From: Williopsis jadinii
Lineage: Eukaryota
Assembly: GCA_024346625.1 (NCBI GenBank)
Contig: AP024667.1
Span: forward strand, 1,488,001-1,514,913
Reading direction: 5' to 3'
DNA length: 26,913 nucleotides
Shown here: piece by piece, positions 1 through 11,454 of the stretch
Layout of the letters: every line of letters begins with the position of its first letter
How positions within the stretch are numbered: the stretch's first letter is position 1
The notes under the pieces: model-generated
What the model was told of the DNA's origin: nothing
Databases searched by the model: none
The model's input: the letters and a program-made list of their open reading frames with translations, nothing else
Program-made: the position numbers and the translations under genes

Positions 1-1
1 A

Positions 2-340
2 AAGCGTGATCACATTGAAGTTGTTCGCAAGTTTGCCCAACTGGAATTCACCATTGGTGATCCAGAACAAGGTAGAACGTTGTTTGAAGGGCTGATTGCG
101 GACGTTCCAAAGCGTATTGACTTGTGGAATGTCTACATCGATCAGGAGATGAAGAAGAACGAAAAGAAGAAGGTTGAAGATCTGTTTGAGAGAGTGTTTA
201 CCAAGAAGGTCACTCGTAAGCAGGCCAAGTTCTTCTTCGCCAAATGGCTCGCATTCGAGGAGAAATGTGATGATGGAAAGGCTGTTGATTACGTCAAGGC
301 AAAGGCACAGGAGTTTGTGCAAAAGAACGACAAGGAGTAG
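2..340 (+). CDS. RRP5: rRNA biogenesis protein Rrp5, C-terminal HAT/TPR region (5'-truncated by window edge)
   Basis: Frame open from base 2: [49 protein letters not shown]...[13 protein letters not shown]...YVKAKAQEF, the recognisable Rrp5 C-terminus; stop TAG at 338-340. Confidence 0.93.
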   Translation, partial: KRDHIEVVRKFAQLEFTIGDPEQGRTLFEGLIADVPKRIDLWNVYIDQEMKKNEKKKVEDLFERVFTKKVTRKQAKFFFAKWLAFEEKCDDGKAVDYVKAKAQEFVQKNDKE

Positions 341-586
341 TTGGAGGAAGCCCAGTAAGAAGAAGAGAAGAAGGTGTCCACATGGCTACTTGGCTTGTGA
401 CCTTCCGTGTACATTAGTTGAACATATTAATACAAGTGTTTTCTGTTAACATGAGGCTTGTTTGTGTAGTGCAAAGGTGAGTACGAATGGCACAAAGCCA
501 GCTTCTATAGTAAAGCGTGAGTGTGTGTATTCTGCTTTGTGAGATCTCCTATGTTGATGACTGGAAGCACAACGGGAGTGAAGATA

Positions 587-1441
587 ATGGACAGTAGAAT
601 CAAGCTGTGGCTTAGTTGCTTGATAATCATAAGCGTATCGCTGGTTGTATACCATGCTGTTCATGAGGAAAGGCCGGCTGGTCTAGTGGAGAGGTCTCCG
701 AGTCTACGAGAGTTGATTGAGTGTGTTGATGTATCAGACCATTGGAAGTGTCTCTCGAGATACAGAAGCGGAGTCATAGCTGAGCTCTTCCCCAATGCCG
801 ATAATAAACATCATCACCTCCACGGGTGAGTCTGTCTTGTTGCAGTACACCAGAGGAGCCATATTAACGCCGTTCTTAGCTGTCTAAACGAGCTTCGACA
901 GGTACATTCGAGCTCGTTGATGGGGTTCCAGTTGTCAGAATGCCTACACCTCGACATGAGCGAACAGCCCCAGACTGCGAGAAGGGCGACACCACGAGCC
1001 GTAGTGCTCTCCGTGGCTGCTGGCATACTACTACTGGTGCTCTGCCTGTTCTTGTCTATTGAATGGCTTATTGGAGAAGAGTACACAGCAGCAGCCATCC
1101 AAGATGAGGAACCACTGCTGGCTGAAGACCTAAACCACAGCGCCGTCAAAGACCCCATCAGCGCTGTAAAAGGCGAAGAGGAGAGCTCCTCCAGCTTGAT
1201 TATCAACTTAGAATCACCAACAACAGGCACGCTTACAAACAACTCACTGCCCACAGCAGCTGGCCGCCAGCAACACGCTCATCACAAGACCTACAAGGGC
1301 CCTACGCCGTCAGCATTGCACTTTCCACAGTATAACAAAGACGGCAAGAAGCATCGTAGGATCTTCATTCCAGGACGTGGGTGGATGCATCGCAAGCAGT
1401 TGGAGCTGGAGCAGAGGACCTTAGCTGAAATGCTCAACTGA
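587..1441 (+). CDS. Hypothetical membrane protein, two exons (587-825, 880-1441), about 266 aa, two hydrophobic segments
   Basis: GTGAGT donor at 826, TATTAAC branch-like site at 862-868 and TAG acceptor at 877-879. Removing this 54-nt intron joins the 521..829 and 917..1441 ORFs in frame (..HHLHG-CLNELRQVHSSSLMGF..). An upstream in-frame ATG exists at 551. No family recognised. Confidence 0.55.
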
Positions 1442-1525
1442 CGAACTGTTTCCTTTCTCGGTTTGTGTCACTTTGCTGTGTTGTAGTTTTTCTGTTTTGT
1501 ACTCGGCCCACACCGCGGGTTTAAG

Positions 1526-1550
1526 CATCAACATCAACATCAACATCAAC
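1526..1550 (+). repeat. (CATCAA)4 microsatellite upstream of ETP1
   Basis: catcaacatcaacatcaacatcaac. Confidence 0.8.
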
Positions 1551-1588
1551 GGCCTTGATCTCGTTCCCTTCGCAAGAACGTACCAAGG

Positions 1589-3265
1589 ATGCCGCCGAGA
1601 TACCACGTCTCTGTTGATATCGAGGGCTTGACTACAAACCATGATGCATTTGATGACGAAGAAGTGGAGACTCTTCCGCTGAGCACACCGTCATCGAGCC
1701 ATAGTACTACTCCGCGGACAGATCAGGCGGACTACCGGCTTTCGAACCTAACGGTCACTACGCTCTCAGCTGGTGAGAGTGCTACAAATGAGGATCACCA
1801 GGGGAATGGTCTCAAAGCAAGGTACCTCGGCTACGGTGTTGTCAGGTTGTTCAGGGAATACGATGTGTCCGAGGAGGTTGAGGTGGAGAGTGATGACACT
1901 ACAGTGGCGATAGTTGCCATACCTAGTTACCTATCACCAACAGATGTGCTGGCATTTGTTGGCGAATCAGTGACGAAGGACGTGTCGCATTTCCGTATGG
2001 TGAACTCGGAAAACCCCAATAGGTTTATGGCCTTGATGAAGTTTAGAAACAGCGAGTCTGCCAGGCAATTTCAAGATGAGTTCAACGAGAGACCGTTTAG
2101 TGCCATTGAATCTGAAAAGTGCCACGTGATATTTGTCAAGTCTGTAATGTTCAGACCGCTTGGTAAGCCAAATACATCCGGTATTCCGTATCTATTGGAG
2201 GATCCTTTCACATTGCAAGTTCGCAAATCCAGTGGTAGTGCCTCCATCGTGAAGGAATTGCCAACGTGTCCGGTATGCCTTGAGCGCATGGACTCTGATG
2301 TGACGGGTCTTGTGACCATCCGGTGTCAACATACGTTCCACTGCAATTGTCTGAGTAAGTGGAGAGACGATACGTGTCCAGTGTGTCGATACTCAAGCCT
2401 CTCGTTGAACCCGTTGAAGAGTTCAGGTGTTGAGGCTCAACGTTGTTCCTCATGTGGAGGCTCTGAAAACCTTTGGATCTGCTTGATATGTGGTAACGTA
2501 GGATGTGGTAGATACAATAAGAAGCATGCCATTGAACATTTTGAAGCTGAAAGCCACTGCTTTGCCATGGACATATCTACACAACGCGTTTGGGATTATG
2601 CGGGGGATAACTACGTCCATAGGTTACTTCAAAACGAATCCGACGGCAAATTGGTGGAACTGCCACCTGCTGCATCCACCTCCTCCCATTCTGGTACTTC
2701 ATCCTCGTCATCTGGCCCAGATGGTGCCGGCGTATCTACAGCAAAGGAGGATATCAAGTACACAAAGGTGAATGCAGAATACCATTTGGAGTATACCAAC
2801 GTGCTGTTGTCACAGTTGGAATCTCAAAGAGAGTACTACGAATCACGACTAGCTGAATCTGCTGATAAGTTATCAAAATTACAAGAAAGTGGACAAGACT
2901 CACAAACGCAGATGGAGAAACTGCTCGCCACGTTAGCCCAGTTACAAGATGAGGTCTCCAAGATGTCCGAGCAATTGGAGAAAACCCGTAAAACGGCCAG
3001 TACAGCAGAATCAAAGCTCAGAGAGGAACAGCTAATGACGGACGGGTTATCTAAGAACCTCGATTCCATGAGACTGGCAAACGCATCGCTAAAGAACGAG
3101 AACCAAGAGCTACAGGATCAAGTTAAAGACTTGATGTTCTACCTCGAGTCCAATGAGAAGTTCAAAGACGCCAGCGACGACGTCAAGAACGGCACCATCG
3201 TCATCCACGAGCCACCAAAGAGATCACTGAAAACCAAGAAGAGCAAGAACAAAGCAAAGAAATGA
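1589..3265 (+). CDS. ETP1: BRAP2/Etp1 RING-finger and ZnF-UBP protein
   Basis: BRAP2 RRM-like region, RING ELPTCPVCLERMD...CQHTFHCNCL...CPVCRY, ZnF-UBP LWICLICGNVGCGRY...HAIEHF...QRVWDYAGDNYVHRL, C-terminal coiled coil; adjacent to PRS3 as in S. cerevisiae. Confidence 0.93.
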   Translation: MPPRYHVSVDIEGLTTNHDAFDDEEVETLPLSTPSSSHSTTPRTDQADYRLSNLTVTTLSAGESATNEDHQGNGLKARYLGYGVVRLFREYDVSEEVEVESDDTTVAIVAIPSYLSPTDVLAFVGESVTKDVSHFRMVNSENPNRFMALMKFRNSESARQFQDEFNERPFSAIESEKCHVIFVKSVMFRPLGKPNTSGIPYLLEDPFTLQVRKSSGSASIVKELPTCPVCLERMDSDVTGLVTIRCQHTFHCNCLSKWRDDTCPVCRYSSLSLNPLKSSGVEAQRCSSCGGSENLWICLICGNVGCGRYNKKHAIEHFEAESHCFAMDISTQRVWDYAGDNYVHRLLQNESDGKLVELPPAASTSSHSGTSSSSSGPDGAGVSTAKEDIKYTKVNAEYHLEYTNVLLSQLESQREYYESRLAESADKLSKLQESGQDSQTQMEKLLATLAQLQDEVSKMSEQLEKTRKTASTAESKLREEQLMTDGLSKNLDSMRLANASLKNENQELQDQVKDLMFYLESNEKFKDASDDVKNGTIVIHEPPKRSLKTKKSKNKAKK

Positions 3266-3361
3266 GATGAATTACGCAATGAATTATGACTGGGATTATA
3301 CGCTTATGTCTGCTTGTAGTGGTGTTTGGATGTTTTCATCGCCTGCTTTCCCTCTTCGAGG

Positions 3362-3441
3362 CCGGGTAACTGCACTCCTCCATTCCTTCCGTCTTATCTC
3401 CGGCCGCCGGCGGGTCTGCCCCGGGTTTAGTAAAATTTTCA
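3362..3441 (+). promoter_or_regulatory. Reb1 site (CCGGGTAA, 3362-3369) and RRPE motif (AAAATTTTCA, 3432-3441) upstream of PRS3
   Basis: Exact matches to the budding-yeast Reb1 and RRPE consensus 270-350 bp upstream of the PRS3 ATG; function inferred. Confidence 0.5.
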
Positions 3442-3714
3442 TCCGGCGCTCTCCATCTCGCTGCAAATTTTATATTCCACAGCGAAACTGTTTCTCTTGT
3501 TAGAGGGTTCAATCGGTTGTTAAATAACTGGCATTTCCTCCCATATCGTTCCGTGCTGGGTTTATAGCCTTGGTGATCTTCGCGTGTGAGAAACTCTTGA
3601 CCTGTGTGCTCTGCTGTCCTTGTCCTTGGTCCTTGGTATTTTCGACTGCTGTTCCAATTCTGACCTGAATCGATAACTCTCCCATCTCATCGTCATCATT
3701 ATCATCATCCACAA

Positions 3715-4677
3715 ATGGCTAGAAACTCCATCAAACTTCTGACGTCGGACGTTCACTGTGGCCTGGCAGAGCTCGTTGCTAAGAGATTAGGTCTCAAGCT
3801 CACGGAGCTCAACATCAAGAGAGACTCATGTGGAGAGGTTTCCTTCGCCATCAACGAGTCGGTGCGTGATGAGGACATCTACATCATCATGCAAGTTGGG
3901 TCTGGTGTTGTGAACGACAGAGTCATTGAATTGCTGATAATGATCAATGCCTGTAAGACTGCCTCGGCCCGTCGTATCACCGCTGTGATTCCAAACTTCC
4001 CATACGCAAGACAGGACCGTAAGGACAAGTCTCGTGCGCCAATCACCGCTAAGTTGATGGCTGACATGCTCACCACCGCTGGATGTGACCATGTCATCAC
4101 CATGGACCTCCATGCTTCACAGATCCAAGGGTTCTTCGACGTGCCAGTTGACAACTTGTATGCGGAGCCAAGTGTTGTGAGATACATCAAGGAGAACGTT
4201 GATTTCAGCAATGCCATCATCGTTTCACCAGACGCTGGTGGTGCAAAGAGAGCTGCTGGATTGGCAGACCGTTTGGACTTGAACTTTGCCCTTATCCACA
4301 AGGAGAGAGCAAGAGCCAACGAGGTGTCGAGAATGGTTCTTGTTGGTGATGTCACTGATAAGATCTGTCTGATTGTCGATGACATGGCTGACACCTGTGG
4401 TACTCTGGCCAAGGCTGCGGAGATCTTACTGGAGAACAATGCCAAATCCGTCGTTGCCATCGTTACACATGGTATCCTTAGTGGTAATGCTATTAAGAAC
4501 ATCAACAACTCCAAACTCGATAGAGTTGTCTGCACGAATACCGTGCCGTTTGAGGAGAAACTGGAGCTTTGTCCAAAGTTGGACACAATTGATATCTCTG
4601 GTGTATTAGCTGAAGGTATTCGTCGTTTGCATAACGGTGAGAGTGTCTCCTATCTGTTCCGTAACGCTCCTCTATAG
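3715..4677 (+). CDS. PRS3: Ribose-phosphate pyrophosphokinase (PRPP synthetase) subunit 3
   Basis: [32 protein letters not shown] and PRPP-binding [12 protein letters not shown]; the N-terminus [20 protein letters not shown] is Prs3-type. Confidence 0.96.
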   Translation: MARNSIKLLTSDVHCGLAELVAKRLGLKLTELNIKRDSCGEVSFAINESVRDEDIYIIMQVGSGVVNDRVIELLIMINACKTASARRITAVIPNFPYARQDRKDKSRAPITAKLMADMLTTAGCDHVITMDLHASQIQGFFDVPVDNLYAEPSVVRYIKENVDFSNAIIVSPDAGGAKRAAGLADRLDLNFALIHKERARANEVSRMVLVGDVTDKICLIVDDMADTCGTLAKAAEILLENNAKSVVAIVTHGILSGNAIKNINNSKLDRVVCTNTVPFEEKLELCPKLDTIDISGVLAEGIRRLHNGESVSYLFRNAPL

Positions 4678-4799
4678 CGTTCTTTCCCTCATCAGCACAA
4701 CACTTACATACATAATCTGATATTTACTTATTCTGATTATCCACCTACGGGGTTTACTCATTTAGGACATGATGTCTCTCTTTATAAGTTGCATCTATA

Positions 4800-5715
4800 C
4801 TAGAAACCATACTCACTAGGCTTGAACTCGGTCAGAGAGGAGAGAATGATACCTTGTTCACTGGTCAAATGTGAGTGCTCTTCACCATCAAGAACCTTCA
4901 GTGCTCTATCATCTGGCACCCAGATGATGTGTGCACCGGCAGCTTTACCAGCGGTGATTCCTGGAACAGCATCCTCGAACACGAGACATTCTTCAGGTTT
5001 AATCTCTTCTTCGCCTTCTTTTAACTGCGAATTCAGAGATTCCAGAGCTGCTAGCCAGATATCAGGATATGGTTTACCTCTGCCCTTTGGAACCCTCTCA
5101 TCATCCCCAGTAACTATATGGTCACCAAATAGATCAAACCCATCTTCTCTAAGGTGGCCTGTCTTACGCTCGTAGTTATATCTATTCGAAGAGGTTGCCA
5201 ATGCAATTGGCACCTTCTTCTCATGTAGATACTTCAACAGTTCACGAGCCCCAGGTAAGAACTTACAATGAGACCACTTGGATTCCTGTCTAGCGATGTT
5301 TGCCTTAACCAGCTCCTCAGGAGTATACGGCAGGTCATAGGCTTCAATCAACAACCTAGCAGCCTTTAACGGTGTTAGTTTACATCTGTCATTCTAGCAC
5401 ACAACGCACTGTGTATACTCACTTCAGGACCTGGACGTCCTTGTAATGTAATCTTCACATCCCATGTGAGTTCTCCCTTGCCATGCTCAGCCAATAGTTC
5501 GTTGGTAACCTCTGTGTATATGTCTTCTGTGTTTATCAGCAAACCATCCATGTCTATTCCAATGAGTTAGTACTCTCACATCACTGTAACGGGGAGCTAT
5601 ACATACCAAAGAGACACGCTCTATAATGATTCCTTTTTTCCACTGCTTGTTAGTAACGACAACCAATTGAAAGGGTTTCTACCCCCGTTTCCACTCACTT
5701 CTTAGTTCCAGACAT
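4800..5715 (-). CDS. HAD-superfamily phosphatase (YKL033W-A / HDHD1 pseudouridine-5'-phosphatase-like); exons 5715-5699, 5620-5607, 5553-5423, 5363-4800; 241 aa
   Basis: Three introns (donors GTGAGT/GTATGT/GTGAGT; branches TACTAAC/TACTAAC/AACTAAC; acceptors TAG/TAG/AAG) restore MSGTKKACLFDMDGLLINTEDIY (HAD motif I), followed by IALATSS, GRGKPYPDIW and CLVFEDAVPG. Confidence 0.9.
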
Positions 5716-5904
5716 TCCTTGAAGCGATCTAACCCTGTAAACGAGTCACAACGTGGTGCCGAGGACACCGTTCGCTATTTTTTTCAGGTTACGCTTATAA
5801 ACTCATACAGCTCTTTTTTTTTTTCTTCAGCCAGGCATCCACTGGTTTCCATTGACATAACCAAAAGCTACAAAAGGTGATAAGAGAAGAGTAAGTTCAT
5901 TATA

Positions 5905-8190
5905 TCATAAAGGTGGAAGTGAGTTTCTGCACACAGGACACTGTAGCTTGTACTTCATCTACGCTTCCAAACAATTGGTGTGGAAGATGTGATGACATGG
6001 AGTAACCATATAGTGTCTTCTCTGTAAAAACGTTGTAGCCTGATCCAGATTGGACTTGTGAATTGGGATTTGAACCTCATTCATACAAATGGCACAGTCT
6101 ATGCAGTAGTATCCAGCATCGGTCTTCAAAGGAGTGGATGCGGTGCTATTGGTTTCAACGTCTTGTGCTGCTGTAGGATGCATGTGTTGAACGCCGAATC
6201 CATGCTCCAAGTCGTTTTCAGAGAGTGCTGGATGGTAGTCATACGTCTGCGGTAACATTCTCTTAGGTAAGAAGAACCTGGCACCGAGTATGCTCTGTAA
6301 CACCAAGATTGAGATCTGCATCAAAATCCATATTAACAATAGGGTAAAGAACTTCGGATCGTAGTGGTGTTCAAAGACGTTATCCTTCAGAACAAAGGTG
6401 TAGAAGACTGGTGACAGTCTCACCAGTGTGGTGCCGAGAATGAACCACCACTTGAAAGAGCGATGTGAGCCTCTCACAGCGTTTCGATACGCTTGTGGTA
6501 ACCAATAAGAGTTTAGGACCAACAGTACGAGCTTTTCAAAGTTCTCTCTGATAGATTTTGGCCACACGATGGAGTTTAAAACGACAAATGTAAAGACAAT
6601 CAACGTGAAGAAGAACCTCGTGTATATGGCACCACTAACTTGTGATTCATCCTGGGGAATCGCAGTGGGCAAATTAGTGTTTGTCTGTGGTAAGCCTTGG
6701 TCTTCAGAATCATCCAATGGTCTTCCTTGAAGAGCAGTGAACAGGCTCAAACTTCTCTCGTTGATTTGCGACATGTAGATGTTGATCATGAATCTCATCT
6801 CAAACATTGAGGCCAATATAAAGCAAAGGAAAGCACTAACTGTCAATGGGAGGTATAACTGATTGACAACGGCAGATGCAACGAGGTAGATCATCGCTAA
6901 GGAACCATCCACCAAGCCCATTAGACATATACTCCAGAAGGAGATCCTTGAAATAGTTGATGGTGTGTTTGTACAGTTCATCTGCTTGACAGTTAACAAG
7001 ATCTGTGTAAACAACAGAACAATGCCAATAATGGCCACCATATGGTATCTGTAAACCTTAACCTCTCTTCTTGGGCCTTTAATCTTTGGAATTTCCAATC
7101 TCAGGGCACAATCAGGCGAGTATAGCAATCCTGTGAACTCCAGCTCGGGTATAGAATCTAGACTAATAGGACGACCAATGGGGGAGCGCAATTCTTCATC
7201 GATTTCCTTAATCTGATTCTTTGTGAGATTGACCTTGTTCAAGTGGAAATACGACACGTATTCACATCTATTCTCCGATTGGTCCAAGACCTGGGTCAAG
7301 TAGTTGAAACTGATATCAAAATTCTTCTCCTGTGGGGTCTTGAAGAAGTTCTCCTCCAAGTATGTCAACGAGATGTTCTTTGATAAGTTGAAGTTTTCCT
7401 CATTCATAGTCAAATGTTGCAGTCCACCATAGAAGCTAAAGAATTTGGCACTCACAGATGAAGTGACTAGGTTACCTGACTCGACAAAGTAGAAACCTTT
7501 TGTCTCAATTAGATGCTTTTCAGACTCCTCATTGTTTTGAATTTCAAAATCAATATTCACAATCTTGACTTTATCATCGAGCAGTGTAAAGGGTTTCTTG
7601 TTTAGCGACTCAACAACGCTTATGTCCATATGCAGAATACCTGATTCCATCGATATGTTACCAACTTTTTTATTCGCAGAAGTAGCCGTCGAGGTGTCTG
7701 AAGAAGGGATTGGAGTGCCTTGATAGAAATCTTCTAGGTATTGCGGAATTTCAAGTGGCAATTTCTCGTATGAATCGTTCAGCACTGTGAATTCCCCATG
7801 TGTGGATGAAGAGATGTTTGGGTAGAAGTTCATCAAGGGATCAGCCTTCTGTTCCAAGGCCCAAATACTCTTAGCCTTCTTGGTTATGCCATCGGGCAAT
7901 ATCGAATACGACTGGTTATTTACCCAATGGTCATAGTCCTTATGCGGCAGAGGATAGGTTTCGTTGGTGTAACCATCCAGCACATCTTGATAGCTCAGCA
8001 TGAACCCGGTAAGATTGCCAAAGTTGTGGTTATAAGTAGCATTCTGGAGCTGGTAGAACGACTGGTAGAGATGTGATTTGAACAGGTTGAGCTTCTGGTA
8101 TTGGTCATCTGTGGTTACCGGAGCAGACGGTGGTCCTTGCAGCACAAAAGTGAAGAATATCACCAGAAATATAAAGTTGTAACGACTCAT
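5905..8190 (-). CDS. TUL1: Golgi transmembrane RING-H2 E3 ubiquitin ligase Tul1 (Dsc complex); in-frame TAG at 5959-5961 interrupts the RING
   Basis: Signal peptide, lumenal domain (LLYSPDC), multi-TM region (TPSTISRISFWSI, NSYWLPQ), and RING-H2 CAICM...YMVTPCHHIFHTNCLEA*MKYKLQCPVCRNSLPPL-stop (5905-5907). Confidence 0.92.
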
Positions 8191-9403
8191 ACCACCGGTG
8201 TGTGTACAGCTCCTCCCGCGGCGTTGTTAGTTGTTGTTGATACTAGTACCCACGCTGTGTGTGCGAGAAGTAGCTCCCGTAGTAAAACTACCTGGAGGGC
8301 AAATACAAACACCCGCACACCTAGACCCTTGCGATCATTATACCATAATCATATAACTATTATATAATTACTGTTATTAAACCGTGAGGTTCTGCCAAAT
8401 GGTGAAACGCATCGGAATTACTCGCAATTTCCCGCCAGGTGCTCCCCCACAAAAACGAAAACCATGGCGGGGCTCTTTGGTGGGGCAGGCAGAAAACAAA
8501 ACTTGGCGATGTTCTCATGGAAGAAAGTGGCCTTATCCCGGGGTGTAGTGTATCCACTTGCTCACTGTGAGCTGCGATTTGTTAACAAGAGGAACAAGAA
8601 GTGGGAGAAATGAGCACGTTGATTGTTCTTTAGCGTTATCCTTGATGCGTATTGCTTTGTGACTTGTGAAGGAAAACAATGTCACTGTCGGGGGAAAGCG
8701 GTGATGGTGATGATAACCCAGTGCTTCAGCCTCTTTGCTCCACAGAGTGTTTGATCTATTTAGCCGTTTCGTTACGTGTTCAGATGACCCCTCCTCCTCG
8801 CTGCCACCGGGGGCTTCGAGAAATGCCCTCCTCCAATGGAATATCAGGCACTGCGAGGGGGTTGTTCATCACTTCGGAGTCCTGAACAGGTCAGGCTGAA
8901 GTTTGGCAACAAACTCAAAAGCGCGAGCCTGATCAGCAGATTCGCACGAGGGAGGACTGCCCTGGTGTACAGTTGGTTCAACTCAGTACTCCAGTCAAAT
9001 GTTGTTGAAGCAAGCAGCTTGGTAATAGTGGTGGTGGTGTCTTTAGTTTTCATGTGAATCCCTAGCATGGTGATGCTGTGTTGTCTCGATGCGAGGAAGT
9101 GAGTATGGGTATTTTTAACTAGTTGGTCCCATCACCCTTTTCTCTGCATCGCACTCCGAACGAATTAGTAGAAAGCCAACAAAAAAATTGTGATTTGTGT
9201 CCGTGTGCTCCTCCAGTTGCGTCTTTCTCTCCATCGAGTTCTACGTGGTTGTTGTACGGAGGAGAATCTGCCTGATGACGGTTGTCTAGACTCAGTACGA
9301 AAGTTATCCTTGGTTGCATATCACAACGTGCTAGATCACCCATTTTTACTACGCATGTATACGGAGAGAAAAGGAAAGTGTGTTCATATATGGCTTCTCG
9401 GTG

Positions 9404-9411
9404 TATAAATA
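9404..9411 (+). promoter_or_regulatory. TATA box of first ATO gene
   Basis: TATAAATA about 130 bp upstream of ATG 9535; the same GGTGTATAAATA context occurs before the paralog. Confidence 0.55.
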
Positions 9412-9534
9412 GTGACCTATGTTCCTTCCTTGGTGAAGTTTCCAAAGTCTGGATTATGAGGTTAGAATTATCCATCAGGCTGTTTAAACCAACATAATAA
9501 AGAGCCTTGAAAACACAACAATCTAATATTCAAA

Positions 9535-10353
9535 ATGTCGACCTCTTCTCTCCCGGAGGACTTGGAAAAAGGCTACGCTACTCAGTCACTACACGAAATG
9601 AACACAGCCGTTACAAACGATCCATCTCAACCAGCCGTGATGAGAGTCGTCACTTCATCCAACGGTGATATCATCCATCTGGGGAACCAGGCTTTCAGCA
9701 AGAAAGACTTGTTCAACGCATTCGCTGGTGACCTTCAACCGGGTCTTCATGCCACTCCACATAGGCCAATGGGTAACCCTGTCCCAATGGGGTTGACATC
9801 CTTTTGTATCTGTTGCTTTGTCGTTTCCCTAGTCAATGCTCAGGCAAGAGGTGTGACCAATGCCAAAGTTATAGCAGCTTGTGCGCTTTTCTTTGCAGGT
9901 GTTGTGGAGACTGTCTGTGGACTATGGTGCTTGGTCATTGAAAACACCTTTGCTGCGACAGCACTGGGATCATTCGGCGGATTTTGGATGGGCTACGCTG
10001 GCCTGTTGATCGATGCATTTGGTATAACCTCGAGCTATTCAACGACGGAAGAATTGGGAAATGCCATTGGCTTTTATCTAACAGCATGGACCATCTTTGC
10101 ATTTTTGATGTGGTTGTGTACTTTCAAAGCCACATGGCCATTCTTCATTCTTTTCTTACTCATTTGGGTATTCTTGATGTGTTTAGCTATTGGAAACTTC
10201 AATTCAAACACCACAGCTACAAAAGCAGGTGGTGTTCTTGGATTGCTTGCCACGTTTGTTGGATTCTTCATTGTCTATGCAGGTGTTGCAGATAGTTCAA
10301 ACTCTTACATCGTGATCCCACCAACTCCAATGCCAAATGCTCCAACTGTTTGA
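9535..10353 (+). CDS. ATO/ADY2 (GPR1/FUN34/YaaH, AceTr) acetate/carboxylate transporter, copy 1
   Basis: NAFAGDLQPG (cf. AFGGTLNPG), NPVPMGL (cf. NPAPLGL), ENTFAATALGSFGGFW, about six TM helices. Confidence 0.92.
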   Translation: MSTSSLPEDLEKGYATQSLHEMNTAVTNDPSQPAVMRVVTSSNGDIIHLGNQAFSKKDLFNAFAGDLQPGLHATPHRPMGNPVPMGLTSFCICCFVVSLVNAQARGVTNAKVIAACALFFAGVVETVCGLWCLVIENTFAATALGSFGGFWMGYAGLLIDAFGITSSYSTTEELGNAIGFYLTAWTIFAFLMWLCTFKATWPFFILFLLIWVFLMCLAIGNFNSNTTATKAGGVLGLLATFVGFFIVYAGVADSSNSYIVIPPTPMPNAPTV

Positions 10354-11375
10354 TCTACATTCAAGCTGTATATAATCTCAATTTAATATTTGTTTTCTGT
10401 TTCAAATGTCTTGTGCTGAGAGTGATTATGTTATACATGGTTCTGTAACTATAACTTCTGAGGATCCTTGAGAAAGATATGGGACATCACGAACATTCCT
10501 AATAAGGCCATTTAGAGGTATTTCTTGGAGTGGTACTTTCAAAAGATTGTAACTATCCTTTTATATGGCTTGAGAAGAATATAAACTGAATGCAAGATTG
10601 TCACATCCGTCTGGCTTTCTGTGCTGGTGAGTGGAGAAGGGCATAAATCGCTTATCCCAAAGGAAAGCGTGATACGGCCGAATCAAGTGGGTTATTGCAG
10701 ATCTATCCCAACTTTTATTTTTCGAACAGATGACTTTGCTCAAATTAGATCAGTGGTCTCCTCCTCGGACATCCGATAACTTTCTCTTCAATGTTTGCTG
10801 TTGGAAAACTCGACTTGAAGTTGAAAAGATGTGGTAGGTATCTCGGATGTCGGAGTCCTACAGAAGAGATAACTCGTCCGAGTATAACGTGGCTCGATGG
10901 TCTTTAGAGTCTTATTGTATTGAAGGTATACTGGCTAGGCAAGTACTTGGAACTCACCATAGTCATTGATAGAGTAAACTATACTCATTGATTCACTCAT
11001 TGCTTATACATCTGTAGTTGTTGTAGAGATCGAACATTATTTCTGCTCGTCACCCTGTACCTCCGCGGTGGAGTACGCAGTCAAGTTATACCCCATGTTT
11101 TAAGATCGACAGCACGAATTTACGGGGAAACAGATCAAGTTTTCATTATATCTCCTCCATCAGACGTACTGGGGACAGCACATATCTGAAACCACATACG
11201 TAGATACTTGTCTATGTTATTCTACTAAGAGGAGAACATGCAGAAGAAGATGATCATTTTAGGACTCAGAACAAATTACATGCAATTTTAGCCACATCCC
11301 TCAGCGAGTGTGATATCTCATCTAAATCTATCAGGGCTTTATAGAATAGCCGTTCAGTAAAGAGTACCCAAGGTG

Positions 11376-11383
11376 TATAAATA
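11376..11383 (+). promoter_or_regulatory. TATA box of second ATO gene
   Basis: TATAAATA about 75 bp upstream of ATG 11455. Confidence 0.55.
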
Positions 11384-11454
11384 TCCAGGCCACTCTTCCC
11401 ATTTCACACGGATGCTCCTTTGCAGTTAAAGAACAACCTCTCAAAGCAAAGAAA

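Noticed and set aside
3879..4586. 235-aa antisense ORF, and similar shadow ORFs inside ETP1, the HAD gene, ATO, the Zn-cluster gene and the helicase
   Set aside because: They lie on the opposite strand or alternative frames of well-supported genes and show no recognisable motifs.
8360..9497. Several 65-118 aa ORFs between TUL1 and the first ATO gene
   Set aside because: No motifs, overlapping on both strands; better explained as a divergent promoter region.
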